Part shown: piece by piece, positions 34,258 through 57,274 of the stretch
Layout of the letters: each line of letters starts with the position of its first letter
Numbering within the stretch: position 1 is the first letter of the stretch
Assembly (NCBI RefSeq): GCF_009914755.1
Contig: NC_060926.1
Origin: the human T2T-CHM13v2.0 reference genome, Homo sapiens
Reading direction: 5' to 3' (one strand)
DNA length: 64,000 nt
Translations under genes and position numbers: made by a program
The notes under the pieces: model-generated
What the model saw: only the letters and a program-made list of their open reading frames with translations
Told to the model about the DNA's origin: nothing
The model's database searches: none

Positions 34258-34670
34258 CTAAGAATTTTCAGCTTTGTAAATGCCATTTTGTACCAAGCAG
34301 TCATATTTGAAAATTAAGCGTGACTTTACATCACTACTAGCCAACAGTAAAGGGAATGAGTGGAAGGTTAGCTTGTGATTAAATACAAAGTACTGGGGTG
34401 AAGATTTTTATTTAAGCTTAAGATGACAGGGATACACTAGAAGAAGGTTTATAAAATTTTTTAAATTTCATTTTGGAAAATTTAAAACATACACAATTTG
34501 AAGTAAATAGAATAGAACAAAGAGCCTCCATATGCATCTCATCTAGCTACAATAGATCAACTGTGGCTGTTCTTGTTTCTTCTAATGCCTCTCACCAAAA
34601 ACGATTATTTTGAAGCTGATCCCAGACATCCTAACATTTTATCCATAAATATTTCACAATATATCACTAA

Positions 34671-35092
<422 letters not shown>

Positions 35093-35917
35093 AGGAAGTT
35101 TTAAACTTTATGGTTTTAAGGTGCAGTAAAGTTGTTGTGCAGAAGGGGGCAGTGTTGGAAAAGGAACTACCTGGAGTACTGTCTTAACACGATCTCAAGA
35201 GTACTTTACTGGAAGTTACTGTGAAAACTTGGTATCACCTTTGTGGCAAATCCTGTTACAATAGGATGAATAAATGTCTTACGAGAGATAATCTGATACA
35301 TTATTATAACTTGTTTTTAATTTGAACAGACAGAACCTGGCATATGTGCTAATAATCAGGCTAGAGATGTATCTTTCTAATAATACATTTAAAACACATT
35401 CTCCCCATGAAAATACAGCCATGTTATTCTAATTTCTGAAGTCATTTGGAAATCATTTTAAAAAGTTATTTTAAAAAGTGAGTATGGATGTCTGTAACTA
35501 AAAGGGTTTAGAAAAATTATATATACACATACATACACACAAATAGAGATAGCAAACATGGCAAATTTGGTGCATCTAAGTGAGGATGCATGGCTGTTCA
35601 TTTTGCTGTTATTTCAGTTTCTGTATAGGTTTGAAATTTAAATTAGATAAAAGTGGGATTTTAGCTCAAACTATTGGCAATAATAAAATTTAGGAGTCCA
35701 TTCTAGTTTATAATGATATAATAAATAGTCAAGAATTACTTTTCACTGTTCACATGGTGGATTACAGGAATCCAAAAATTAAGTACACAATTCTATAATA
35801 AGTAACACTTTATTGTTTTAGCTTATTCATCAGAAAATTTTAAAGTTAACTATTTTAAAGCAGTTTTATTTATGAAAGCAAAACATTAATATTAATTTTT
35901 AACTTTTTTCCTTATAG

Positions 35918-36003
35918 TATCTTTTGGCTATGACCTTTGTTTATTTCAAGAGGGCTAAATTTACTATAAGTGAGCATACCAGGATAAATTTCTTTATTGC
36001 TCT
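35918..36003 (+). CDS. SPDYA: Speedy A coding exon 3 (86 bp)
   Basis: Acceptor ttttttccttatAG, donor GTAAGT at 36004. Translates YLLAMTFVYFKRAKFTISEHTRINFFIA(L), the RINGO-box motif YLLAM..YF.RA. Confidence 0.96.
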
Positions 36004-36190
36004 GTAAGTATACTTTCTACTAAGTGATTGTTGTGTTATCTATTATATATATTACACCTTATTTAAAACAGAGGCTATTTAAAACCTTATGTATATCTTT
36101 GAATAGGCCTTCCTGTATAAATGCTGTATGTTTTTTACTTTAATAGGATATTTTTATGTTTTTTTCACTTATCATGCTATATGCCTAAGA

Positions 36191-36497
36191 TTTCCTTTTT
36201 TATTTATTTATTTATTTTTGAGAAGGAATCTCGCTGTGTTGCCAGGCTGGAGTGCAGTGGCACAATCCTGACTCACTGCAACCTCTGACTCCCTGGTTCA
36301 AGTGATTATCCTGCCTCAGCCTCCCAAGTAGCTGAGATTACAGCCACGTGCCACCACGCTCAGCTAATTTTTGTATTTTTAGTAGAGACGGGGTTTCACC
36401 ATGTTGGCCAGGATGGTCTTGATCTCCTGACCTCGTGATCTGCCCGCCTCGGCCTTCCAAGGTGCTGGGATTACAGGTGTGAGCCACTGCGCCTGGC
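36191..36497 (-). mobile_element. AluSc
   Basis: Antisense dimer flanked by aagatttc. Confidence 0.9.
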
Positions 36498-36932
36498 CAA
36501 GATTTCTTGGAGTATTCCTCTTCAATTTGTATTGCATGTTTTACATTTTTCAGAATGCTTCCATATAAATTATCCCAAATTCTCCTCTTTGTGACTTAGA
36601 TATTTTTTAAAACCAGAATATTCTCTGAAATTTTCAATTAATATATAGTAAAAATCACCATCATCATTGCCCTTTTACATTGAACAACTTGTGGAAAATG
36701 CTCTAAACATAGTCTTTGTGGACCTATATCTATAACATAGTCATTATTCGTATTTGATACCATTGGTATTCACTGGCTCTTTTACTAAACACACTGAGCT
36801 GTGACAAAGGAATACAGTTGTTTTCCAGTTCTTCCACTGACTTTAGTTTATATTCATTGTGATCTGTGAAATGGTTTTCCAATCTATAGGTCAGAATACA
36901 TTTGGAATTTGTATTATTTAAGAATATGTTTC

Positions 36933-37257
<325 letters not shown>

Positions 37258-37292
37258 CTATAGCTGGATATAATGCTGTAGTTGGGAATGCA

Positions 37293-37641
<349 letters not shown>

Positions 37642-37790
37642 ATATGAATATAATTTTAAGTGTTTACCTAGAGAACACATATAAAAAATATTTAAGTTGA
37701 ATACCACAATAGCTGTCAACACTGAAGGTAAAGTTTTTACTCAAAGTGTATTTAATTCAGAATCAAAGAGTTATTAAAGAAATAGGACTA

Positions 37791-38100
37791 GGCTGGGTAC
37801 AGTGGCTTACGCCTGTAATCCCAGCACTTTGGGAGGCTGGGGCGGAAGGATTGCTTCAGGCTGGAAGTCCAAGACCAGCCTGGACAACATAGTAAGTCTC
37901 TACACAAATAAAAATAAAAAAATTAGCCAGGCATGGTGGCATGTGCCTGTAGTGCCAGCTACTTGGGAGGCTGAGATGAAGAGGATCACTTGAGCCCAGG
38001 AGTTCAAGGCTGCAGTGAGCTATGATCACCACTATACTCCAGCCTGGGCAACAGAGCAAGATGCTGTCAGGAGAAAAAAAAAAAAAACAAAAAAAAAAAA
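37791..38100 (+). mobile_element. AluJ
   Basis: Diverged dimer flanked by aggactag. Confidence 0.85.
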
Positions 38101-38109
38101 CAGGACTAG

Positions 38110-38459
<350 letters not shown>

Positions 38460-38569
38460 AAAGAAACTGATTTCTACTTGTATTCAGGAGATATATTTTC
38501 CAGTGCACAGGGAAAAATGAACTCAAAATTTAGGATGATTGCTAAATATAATAGTATTAGGTAATACTG

Positions 38570-38790
38570 AGTACTATGTGCAAGGCACCACAAAAAATTT
38601 TAATGTAGTATTAACTCATTTAATTTTCCCTATGAAATAAATTTTTTATTATCCCCATTTTACAGATGAGGAAACTGAGAGGAAGATTAAGTACTTTCTA
38701 AGAACAAACAAGTTAGTAAGCAGCAAAGCAGGGGCACAAACTCAGGAGTGGTTATCAATGACCAAATTCAGCCATCAACCACTAAGTTAA
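38570..38790 (-). mobile_element. MIR
   Basis: ccccattttacagatgaggaaactgaga core. Confidence 0.8.
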
Positions 38791-39356
38791 ATTGCTGTTT
38801 ATATATCTCAGTATTGTATTGTATCTATGTTGATGCAATATTTATTTTGTGTTTTTTTTTTACCTGAGAATTAAAAACAAACCAAAAGAAGCTTTAGTTT
38901 AAATCTTACTAGATGCCTGAAATTGAATTCGTTTAACTTGTTTTATAAAGTTATTACCAGTAGAGCACTATTGAGTTTATGCAATACAATTATCTGTAAG
39001 GTTGTACTGCATGTTGTATTATGTAAGCTCCATATTAAAAATAACATGAATTATAATTTCCATTTTAAGACTAATCATACTTTTTGTATGGCCTCAATAG
39101 TTCTCCTCGTTAAATATTTTCTCAGCCATAGTTCTAAAGCTCAAGTTCTTTTCCTTTCTATACAGTCTTATAATGTTTCCTTTCTATGTATTCTTATAAG
39201 ACTCTGAACTTCTATTATCATTCTTCCACATTACCTTTCACAATTATTTGTTTCATGCTTACTTGCCTTCTTTACTTAATTGTAGGCTCCTTATGGGCAA
39301 GGAACATATAACATTTTATTTCATCTTTCAATTACTAACATATAGGAGGTTCTTAA

Positions 39357-42230
<2,874 letters not shown>

Positions 42231-42624
42231 CATCAAGCATTCAGCAGAATGCTGAGTTTCATATGTGTATAAGAAAATTACCTGAATCTGAGGAAAGATG
42301 TTAAGAAAAGATTAGGAGGAATACTGCCTAACATTCACATACGGCTGCAAATAGTGGCTGTTCCCACCAGCCAGGCTGAAAAGATTCATAATTCATGGAG
42401 CATTGAGAAGAGTACTCAGGAAGGTCTTGCCTCAGTAGTGAGGAATAACTAGCCCCAGACTGAACATTGTTCCAGATCCACCTAAAAAAATCATAAAAGC
42501 AACATCTGAAAGAATCAGACTATTTCAAAGTAACTAACTGCATCCCAGAACAAAGCTCAAGATTTGTAGGAATAAGAAATACCTAGAACCCAACAAGGTA
42601 AAATTAACTACATGTATCTCTATT

Positions 42625-42759
42625 TTTGAACTGCATTTCTTTAATTAACGTTGAACACCTTTCATGTGTTTATAAACCACTTTTATGTCTTGGTGTATGT
42701 GAACTACCTGTTTCTGTCCTTTACCCATTTCTTTTTTGGGTTGTGATCTTCTTTGTTAG
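42625..42759 (-). mobile_element. Degenerate antisense L1 ORF2 fragment abutting a SPDYA exon
   Basis: Collinear by eye with the L1 segment at about 9160-9285 of this window. Confidence 0.6.
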
Positions 42760-42931
42760 GTATCTGGCTAATACAGTTGAAGAAGATGAAGAAGAAACCA
42801 AGTACGAAATTTTTCCATGGGCTTTAGGGAAAAACTGGAGAAAATTGTTCCCTAATTTCTTAAAGTTAAGGGACCAGCTCTGGGATAGAATTGACTATAG
42901 GGCTATTGTAAGCAGGCGATGTTGTGAGGAG
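42760..42931 (+). CDS. SPDYA: Speedy A coding exon 4 (172 bp)
   Basis: Acceptor cttctttgttAG, donor GAG|GTAAGA. Translates [57 protein letters not shown], including the YLAN..EED motif. Confidence 0.97.
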
Positions 42932-43128
42932 GTAAGAATTTTAAAATGCTTTATATATGTAATCTTTGTTTTCTGTTTATCTTATTATCCTTGTTTTTTA
43001 ACGTGCTTCTAATGTTTTGGTATTCTGGGTTTTTTTTTTTTTTTCTAATATGTGGAGTAGACCATTGATCATTACCATGAATACAACTTGTGTATTACAA
43101 TGTTGCTGTCTTATTATCACCATAACTA

Positions 43129-44113
<985 letters not shown>

Positions 44114-44683
44114 TATAGTAAGTACTTTTATTTTAGTGTATTTCTTCTGTCTAAAGGATCATCAATATATTGAAAAAGGGTGATATGAACAAACCAAAAT
44201 ATCTTATTTAGGATTACAATAACACTGGAGTTGAATAATAATTTCTGCTCAATAAAGTATGTGAAATTTCAGGTTCCCAAAATTGAAACACTATTTAACA
44301 CATATATTAAATGGTATACAATTTAAATATTCTTTAAAATCATAACTCTTTTCACAAAGAATATATTGTTTCCTTAATGCCAAATCTTTTAGGATAAATC
44401 AGCAAGACACTAAAAATTTAATAATCAGTTATTTTACCAAATGTTCTGGTTTTTAATAAAGTCACTATTTCAAACCACAGAAAAATTCTAGAGTAGAAAA
44501 TTAAATGGAAAGCAGTGGTCACTGTAAGCTCTAGTATTAGTTAAGAAAAATTTGATAAATGTTGATATACTTGCAAATCTTAAGATTTGATAGAATTAAC
44601 TTATTCATTAATATACATTGATTTAGTGAGCACTTAGTAAATACATACCAGAAACTATATTATTTCTTTTAATTTAAAAAGGG

Positions 44684-45051
<368 letters not shown>

Positions 45052-45299
45052 TTATATTATTCCTAATGCTTTTTCATAATTTTAAAATTTAGCAACATTT
45101 AAAAAAATTAATGGAACTTGTTTTTCCTCTTCAAAAAGGTCACCTTATTTAAATGAATTTAATTCCATTATCCTTATCACAATACTTTGTTTCCTTCTGT
45201 AGCACTGAATAAAATTTGTAATTATTTATTTGCTTATCTATTGTCTAAACAATAAACTGTAAATGTAATGAAGTAAAAAATCTAGTACACTTCTAATAT

Positions 45300-49240
<3,941 letters not shown>

Positions 49241-51164
49241 AACTTCCAATTCTTTTTCATACCTTCTTATCCATTAAATAGGGAAACAATAAACTATAAA
49301 ATAATTATTCACTGAGCTCACTTTGCACTGCCGCTTACTCCAGTGGCAGATAGAGAAGCTGTTTTTTGGCTGTTCCAACAAGGTACATTTGAATCCTGTA
49401 GGCGTATAGAAAAGGTAACTGCCTAGTAGATTTTATCCTGTTCTGTTAAGTGTTCACTGGACAACTACTTTATGAATAACACACCAAGTTCAGTGCCCTG
49501 GGAGTTTATTGTAAAGAAGTATTATATCACCCCATTCCCATTCCTGAAATAGCAAGACATACTGTTGAAAATGTAACTGTTCTATACATTTGTTACTGAA
49601 AGCCTGGCATACTGCCAAACGAAACATTTCTTTAGTCCCATATCCTAAAATAACCTCAAGTTAAGATAGTAGCTACAAACTAGCTTATAATAATAATACT
49701 TTACATTTGCACAGTGCTTTACAAATTATGACTTTTACAGAAATTATCACACAAATAGCTGTGGGGGTGGTGGCATCCTCATTTCACAGCTAATGAAACT
49801 GAGGACCGAGGAGGCTGGGATTTACTCAAAATCATAGAAGTTGCAGAGCCAGAACATCTAATGACTTCCTAGTGTTCTCTTTTTTCTGTGACATCTAGCC
49901 TCCATATAAACCTCTCATATTGGTTAGTTTAGAAAATGCATTTATTTCTTGTCTTGGGAATTAAATAGCCGCAGTATTCCCTCCATTTCACAGATGCAAA
50001 AACTGTGGCTTAGTAAGATTGTGATTTGTCCATGGCCATGAAGTTAATAAGTAGCAGATACTAATAACTTAGTGCTCTTTGAATTATACACCACTGACAT
50101 AAGAAAGAACATGTGCTGTCTTTTCAAATAGTGAGTTTTGTAATTGTCTCTTTTCTTTTTTTAATCTTGGCTGCAAAGAAGCTAAAAGCCAGGTATTATC
50201 CTTGACCACATCAACTCTATTACATTTTATTACTGGCATGTCTGCTTTCCCCTTTTAGTCGAAATTTCCCTTTTGGGTCTAAGCTCAATGAAATTTTTTC
50301 CCCTTTTTTCTCAGCTGCCTCATTCCTTTTTGGAAAGAGATGGGTTGTGATTAAATTGGAAAATATATATAGGGCTTCTCCAGAAAAGAGTGGACTATTT
50401 CTTTGTTTATTCTGATTTTATCTTCTTACCTGATGATCTTATCAACAACTCCTTTAAGGTGGGATTTATTTACATTGGTGATGGCTTAATTTCTAAACTG
50501 GTTCACACATTAGGGAGGATGCCTATCTAATGAGAGAGTTAGACTACACTTCCAGCCCCTTTCATGCATCATGGAGGGTAGCAATTTAATCAAGAAGTTT
50601 TTCTCTATTCCCGTTAATACTCTGGCCAAGATGCCACAATATCATCATAGCTGAGTTCTTCACTATCTATTACTTGATTCCAGATTAGGAATTTAGAAAG
50701 CAATGAGATAAGTAGTGTGTTTTGACAGAATAATCCAATGACAGTATGCAAAAGAGATCCAATATAGGGAATGTATTGGAAACTGCTAAACTTGCTATAG
50801 CTGGAAACAAGGTTGTGAAGAAAATTGATAGCAGTGCTGAAGAAAATGAAACAGATGTTAGAAATGTTAAAAAATTATAATTATCATTACCTGGTAACCA
50901 GTTGGATATAGGGTACATGGGAGAGGGAACTGTAAGTTTCAAATATATATAACAGGAAGAGTAATGGGTTCCATAATGGAAATAGGGAAGCCTACAGAAG
51001 CAAACTGGATTCTTTGGGAAGATAAGGAATTTGGTATATAGACATGAATGTAAGGCAGTAACTGGATATAATTAAATGAATGGTCAACAGGTATGGTAAA
51101 AGTCATTACGTATAAATGATGCTTCGAGTATTTAAGAGATTCAAGGTCAAAGTAATATTAATAC

Positions 51165-51500
51165 TTTTTAAGAACTTTCCAGGCACTGTTCTAAGTATTG
51201 CCCATGTATTATTAACTCTCACAATTCTTAGATCTAGCTAGGTAATCCCAGATAAGAAACTAAGGAACAGAGAGGTTAAGTGACTTCTTCAAAGACACAC
51301 AATAAGTAAAGCAGCACTCCAGTATTCAGGCCTAGGCAGTCTGACTCCAGAGTCAGTGCTTTTTTTTTTTTTTTTTTTTTAATTTTTTCATGCCTATCCC
51401 TGTCTGCTCCCCATTCCTCCCCATTCTCCTCCCTGCCAGGGAGAGGAGAAGCTGACTGGGTTGGTTTTGACAGTCAGTGCTTTTAACACCTATATTATAC
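51165..51500 (-). mobile_element. MIR hosting a small poly(A)-tailed insertion
   Basis: gaaactaaggaacagagaggttaagtgactt...ggcagtctgactccagag. Confidence 0.75.
51364..51471 (-). mobile_element. Orphan retrotransposed insertion (about 85 nt unique plus poly-A) with a 13-bp TSD
   Basis: AGTCAGTGCTTTT at 51351-51363 and 51472-51484, poly-T inside the left copy, empty site TTTT/AA. Confidence 0.8.
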
Positions 51501-51794
51501 TACCTCTTGAGATCACAGACAGGTAGAGTATATACACAGAAAAACAGAGGGCCAAGTATCAAATTTTAGGAACACTGACCCAAGGCACCCCCCAATCACT
51601 AAAAATGACAAAAGAATAAGATAAAGTAAAAAAGGGGGATGTTTCTAGTACATCAACTGCTACTAGTGTTTCAGAGAAGTCCGTTTCATAGAATCACAGC
51701 ATTGGGGGACTGAAAGTGACCTATTTTCTCATATAAAAGACACCCTATGGCCCAGAAAGTTGTGTAATTTGCCCAAGGTCATAGAAGTAACGGA

Positions 51795-52119
<325 letters not shown>

Positions 52120-52303
52120 TAGCTCTCTTGACCCTGGTAGTTTTATTTTTAATTCACTTATCACAGTAAAATTCTAATTATATGATTATATGTGTATAAA
52201 ATATATGTAGACATATTTAAAAATAACCATGATTGTGTATTTTCCTAGGTGGGTTAGTATGTGGAGAGACTATGATGAACTTATTGCAAAAATAACAGTT
52301 TTT

Positions 52304-52482
52304 GGCTGAGCGAGGTGGCTCACGCCTGTAATCCCAGAACTTTGGGAGGGCGAGGAGGGTGGATCACTTGAGGTCAGGCATTCAAGACCAGCCCGGCCAA
52401 CATGGTGAAACCCTGTCTCTACTAAAAATACAAAAATTAGCTGGGCATGGTGGCAATTACAGGAGTGGGCCATTGCACCTGG
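52304..52482 (+). mobile_element. Chimeric Alu: sense left arm fused to an antisense Alu 5' end
   Basis: Sense 52304-52455, antisense 52456-52482. Confidence 0.8.
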
Positions 52483-52699
52483 ACTTTCTAAATGTTTTGA
52501 AAATCACTGCTCTAGGCAATTAATAAGGCTCTGTCCAGCTCTCGAATGTTACAGTTCTCATTTACTTTGGGTCATTGATGACTGTAACTAAAGACTTTTG
52601 CTTAGAATGCTTAGAAGTTTTAGATTTCATGAGGTTAGCACATATGTACAGTTCCCCAGCTTGACTTAAATAATTGTCATTTGCCAGATCCTCACTATG

Positions 52700-52880
52700 T
52701 GATGATTTTACTCATCTAGTCCTCAGAATAATCCTGTGAAGTAGATGATATGCCCATTTTAGAGATGAAGAAATTGAGTCCCAGAAAAGTTAAATAACTT
52801 GCCCAGTATTATACAGCTAGCAAGTGGCAGTGCCAGGGTAAGAAACCAAGTGTACCCGGACTCTAAAGCCCATGTTTTAT
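52700..52880 (-). mobile_element. MIR
   Basis: cccattttagagatgaagaaattgag...taaataacttgccca. Confidence 0.75.
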
Positions 52881-53104
52881 TTAACAAACCTTATAGAACA
52901 ATGCCTGGAAGATAGTGAGGCTTTATAAATAATGCCTCATCTGATCCTCGCAGCAACCCTCTAAAATAGACATTTATTATCTCCATGCTGACAAAACTGA
53001 GGAACAGCGAGGTTAAATAACTTACCTATGTTCTTATTCACCATATCTCTTGTCATAATTGCAGACATTTTAAGATTACCATAACACACATAGCTGGGAA
53101 CCTT

Positions 53105-53415
<311 letters not shown>

Positions 53416-53785
53416 AATTAACTTTTTTTAACCCAATACATTCCAAAGTTAAGAATCACATATTGTTTTGGAGTAACTGTATTATCTTTCCCAAACTTAG
53501 AATATTCAGAATTAAAAAATAAATACCCTGACAACCTGGAAGATTGCTTCAGTCCTATTTCCTGTTTAAAATAATTTACTTTGTCAATTATTGTCTTAAA
53601 GATCCAAGCAATGAGTCACTTTTTAGTAATATTGCCTTATCTGGAAGTGCTTTGTTTTTTAAATCAGCAATTTGGATTTTTATCTTCACTTTAGAGACAG
53701 TTGTTCTTGAGTTATAAGTTTTGAACTCAATTTTAGTAAATTTTGAAATATTACTAAAATTCTAAAAGTTAGCTTTCTATTATAG

Positions 53786-54083
53786 GTTATGGCCATTGCA
53801 CCAACCCATTATATCTGGCAAAGAGAACGTTCTGTTCATCACAGTGGAGCTGTCAGAAACTACAACAGAGATGAAGTTCAGCTGCCCCGGGGACCTAGTG
53901 CCACACCAGTAGATTGTTCACTCTGTGGTAAAAAAAGAAGATATGTTAGACTGGGATTGTCTTCATCATCATCTTTATCCAGTCATACAGCAGGGGTGAC
54001 AGAAAAACATTCTCAGGACTCATACAACTCACTGTCAATGGACATAATAGGTGATCCTTCTCAAGCTTATACTGGTTCTGAAG
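53786..54083 (+). CDS. SPDYA: Speedy A coding exon 5 (298 bp to donor); reads through to TAG at 54092-54094 in the short isoform
   Basis: Acceptor tttctattatAG; translates VMAIAPTHYIWQRERSVHHSGA...SQAYTGSE; donor AAG|GTATGA at 54084. Unspliced it adds GMI* for 286 aa total (Speedy A1). Confidence 0.96.
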
Positions 54084-54393
54084 GTATGATTTAGTAATAT
54101 GCCAGAATTAGATTTATGCATGTTGTTTACTGAGCTCTAGTCAGTCCTTTCTGGCGGGGATACATAATAATTTATATACTCCAACAATATGAGTTAAATT
54201 AATCTTGAAACTTTCTCCCCTTTCAGTTACTTTTTGTCTTGTGTCCATATTTGTTTTGTGGTGACCCACCTAAACAGATTTTTAATGTGACCTATGTTAA
54301 GTTGAAAACTAATGCACCATAAGCCTCAGTATTTTAAGAGCCTGAATCATTTTTTTGAAATGTTTATTTTATTCAAAAGGGTTTCAAGAAGAA

Positions 54394-54399
54394 AATAAA
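54394..54399 (+). terminator. SPDYA: Intronic poly(A) signal for the short 286-aa SPDYA isoform
   Basis: AATAAA 300 nt after the read-through TAG, followed by U/GU-rich sequence. Confidence 0.65.
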
Positions 54400-54545
54400 T
54401 TTACTTGTAATCTCACCTTCCAACTATTGGTTTCCTTCTGTATACTTTTCTAACAAAATTAGAACCATACTATATATCTAGGCCTGCTTTTTTCATTTAT
54501 CACGAAGTATTTTCCCATGTCATTATTGAGTCCTCCAAAACCAGT

Positions 54546-54847
54546 TTTTTTTTTTTTTTTTTTTTGAAACAGAGTCTCACTTTGTCGCCCAGGCTGGAGT
54601 GCAGTGGGACAATCTTGGCTTACTGCAGCCTCCGCCTCCCAGGTTCGGGTGATTCTCATGCCTCAGCCTCCTAAGTATCTGGGATTACAGACATGTGCCA
54701 CCATGCCCAGATAGTTTTTGTGTTTTTAGTAGTGAGGGATTTCACCATGTTGGCCAGGCCGGTCTCGAACTCCTGGCCTCAAGTGATCTGCCTTCCTCGG
54801 CCTCCTAAAATGCTGGGATTACGGACACGAGCTACCGCACCCAGGCC
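54546..54847 (-). mobile_element. AluS
   Basis: Antisense dimer. Confidence 0.9.
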
Positions 54848-55407
54848 AAAACCTGATTTTTAATTCTGACATGGTATAAGTACCATAATTTCTTTATATA
54901 TTTCATTTTGTTGGGATTTAAGTGGCTTTCAGCAATAGAGTATTAATTAGAAAAGAACCTTATTAGCTGAAAAAATACAACTGCACCATAATTTCACTCA
55001 AATTATTTTTATATATAGTATTATCTGACATTTCTTTTCTAGAAATGTCTAGAAATAGTACTAGAATAATATTCTACTATCAGTGATCCTTTTTACTTAC
55101 AAAGCCTTCCAGATTTTCACCCATCTCAAGACAGGGTGGACAGATTTTTCATGGTCCTTTCTAATTCTATCATGAGAAATTAACACACCTGCATTATTTC
55201 AAAATTTTACCTATTTGTTTTTACCACAAAGATATTAATAGTGGCTACTGAAGCTTTACTAAAGGAGAAACTAGACTCTAAGATTCTTGAAGGTAGGGGT
55301 TATGCCTCAGTCATTGTTCCATTTCTTGGCCATAGTAATCACTCAACAAATTTGCACGACAGTATAGTCTCTTCCTTTTCAACACCTTCAGGCATATTTT
55401 TTATTAT

Positions 55408-55490
55408 GCTGAGGCAAGAGGATCACTTGAGGCCAGGAGTTTGAGACCATCCTGGGCAACATAGCAAGACCCCATCTATTTAAAAAATTG
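55408..55490 (+). mobile_element. Alu/FLAM fragment
   Basis: gctgaggcaagaggatcacttgaggccaggagtttgagacc. Confidence 0.8.
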
Positions 55491-55549
55491 TCTTTTAGCA
55501 TCCCTCCTTTCCCAGCTTCCTTTACTCTTTGATCCTTATAATAGGTAAG

Positions 55550-55780
55550 CTTTACTGAATGTTTACAATGTCCAAGGCAATATATAATGCATTTTATATT
55601 CATAATATCATTTAATATTCACAGCCAACTTTAGGGTGAATACTATACCTCCACTCAGCAGATAAGGAAACTGAAGCTTAGAGAAGTTAAATAATTTGCC
55701 CAAGGAGCTGGAGTGACATGTGAACCCAGGTCTCTGACTCCAAACTAGAGCCTGAATTCCTAAATATTATGGTCTACTGC
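55550..55780 (-). mobile_element. MIR
   Basis: cagataaggaaactgaagcttagagaagttaaataatttgcccaagg. Confidence 0.7.
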
Positions 55781-56880
55781 CCTTTTGATGCAATCCTGCT
55801 GTTGGCAGTGAAAATAAGCTGCCACGGAAGCCTTCTAGCAGACTACTAAGGAGGTGGCGAAAGCATTAAGATCTAAGTCCCTGATGAAAGGCTACATGAA
55901 GTGAGCTGGGAGAGAATTCCAAGAATTTGAACAGATATTTACAGAAAGCAAAACAGAAGCAGTTATACATATTTTATTCAGACCAACCACTGTAGGTATC
56001 AACAGTAATAACACTCCACAGTATAGGCCTTGACATCTCAACAGGAAATTTGAGTGCACCTGGGGAAGAAGGGGCTGTGCCAGTCAGTATACTTTGGAGA
56101 AAAAATAAAGGTCTTTGAGGGATTGTGGATGAAAAGTGGGGTATTAACTTAGGGGAGTTGTAGAAGGAACTGTGTGCTTTCATCCTTTCACTGGGTGAAA
56201 GCCATGATTTAGGATTTATAGGTCCTATACAGGAAGGAACAAGTATTTACCCATAGCCATTTTATTCTGAGTATTAACCCATGGTTAACTGTAAAACTCT
56301 TTGTTTCAGGATGTCAGAGTGTAAGCAATATAAAGGAAAAGTATTGATTGTACACATATTTTACCAGTAAAAATATACATTCATTTTCCTCCAATAGTTT
56401 TAATGGAGAGTGAGCTCACTGGGAGTAGAGGGGAGAGTGCAGGATAATAGGAACACATGATGCTACAGGAGTGGGATAAGTCTCTCACTGCCTAAACAGC
56501 TGCTGATTTAGTGACCTCTACTAGCAAAATTTTCTTCCTCCATTCCACCTAAGATTGGAATCATCTGATAGTATGTGGTTGCAAAAACTGAATTCAGCAT
56601 TCTCCAAGAAAGACACAAAAAGTTTATGCTCTGCTTTAGACTTCTATGCGAAACTTAGCATAGATGGTGATCAGTGCTTCCACCTTTCTTTCAAACACAA
56701 GCAAACAACTCCTCAATTTGCAGGTAAAGACATGTTTTCCTACCTTAAAATTTTTTTTGTTAAAAACAACACATTCAAATAAAAGTTTTAGATAAACATG
56801 TTTATGACATTTATTAAGAACAAAATATTTTTCAATTTGACAAGGTGGGGTAAAAATACTGTCAAAAATTTGACTTTTGG

Positions 56881-57274
<394 letters not shown>

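Noticed and set aside
35978-35995. RINF in Speedy A matches the RVxF regular expression
   Set aside because: It lies inside the folded helical RINGO box and is unlikely to be accessible.
49310-49370. Short GC-richer stretch followed by a T-run, suggesting a small RNA
   Set aside because: No snoRNA boxes, tRNA fold or Y/U RNA similarity that I can recognise.
55844-55861. AGGTGGCG resembling a CTCF core
   Set aside because: The 5' half does not fit the consensus; unsupported without ChIP data.
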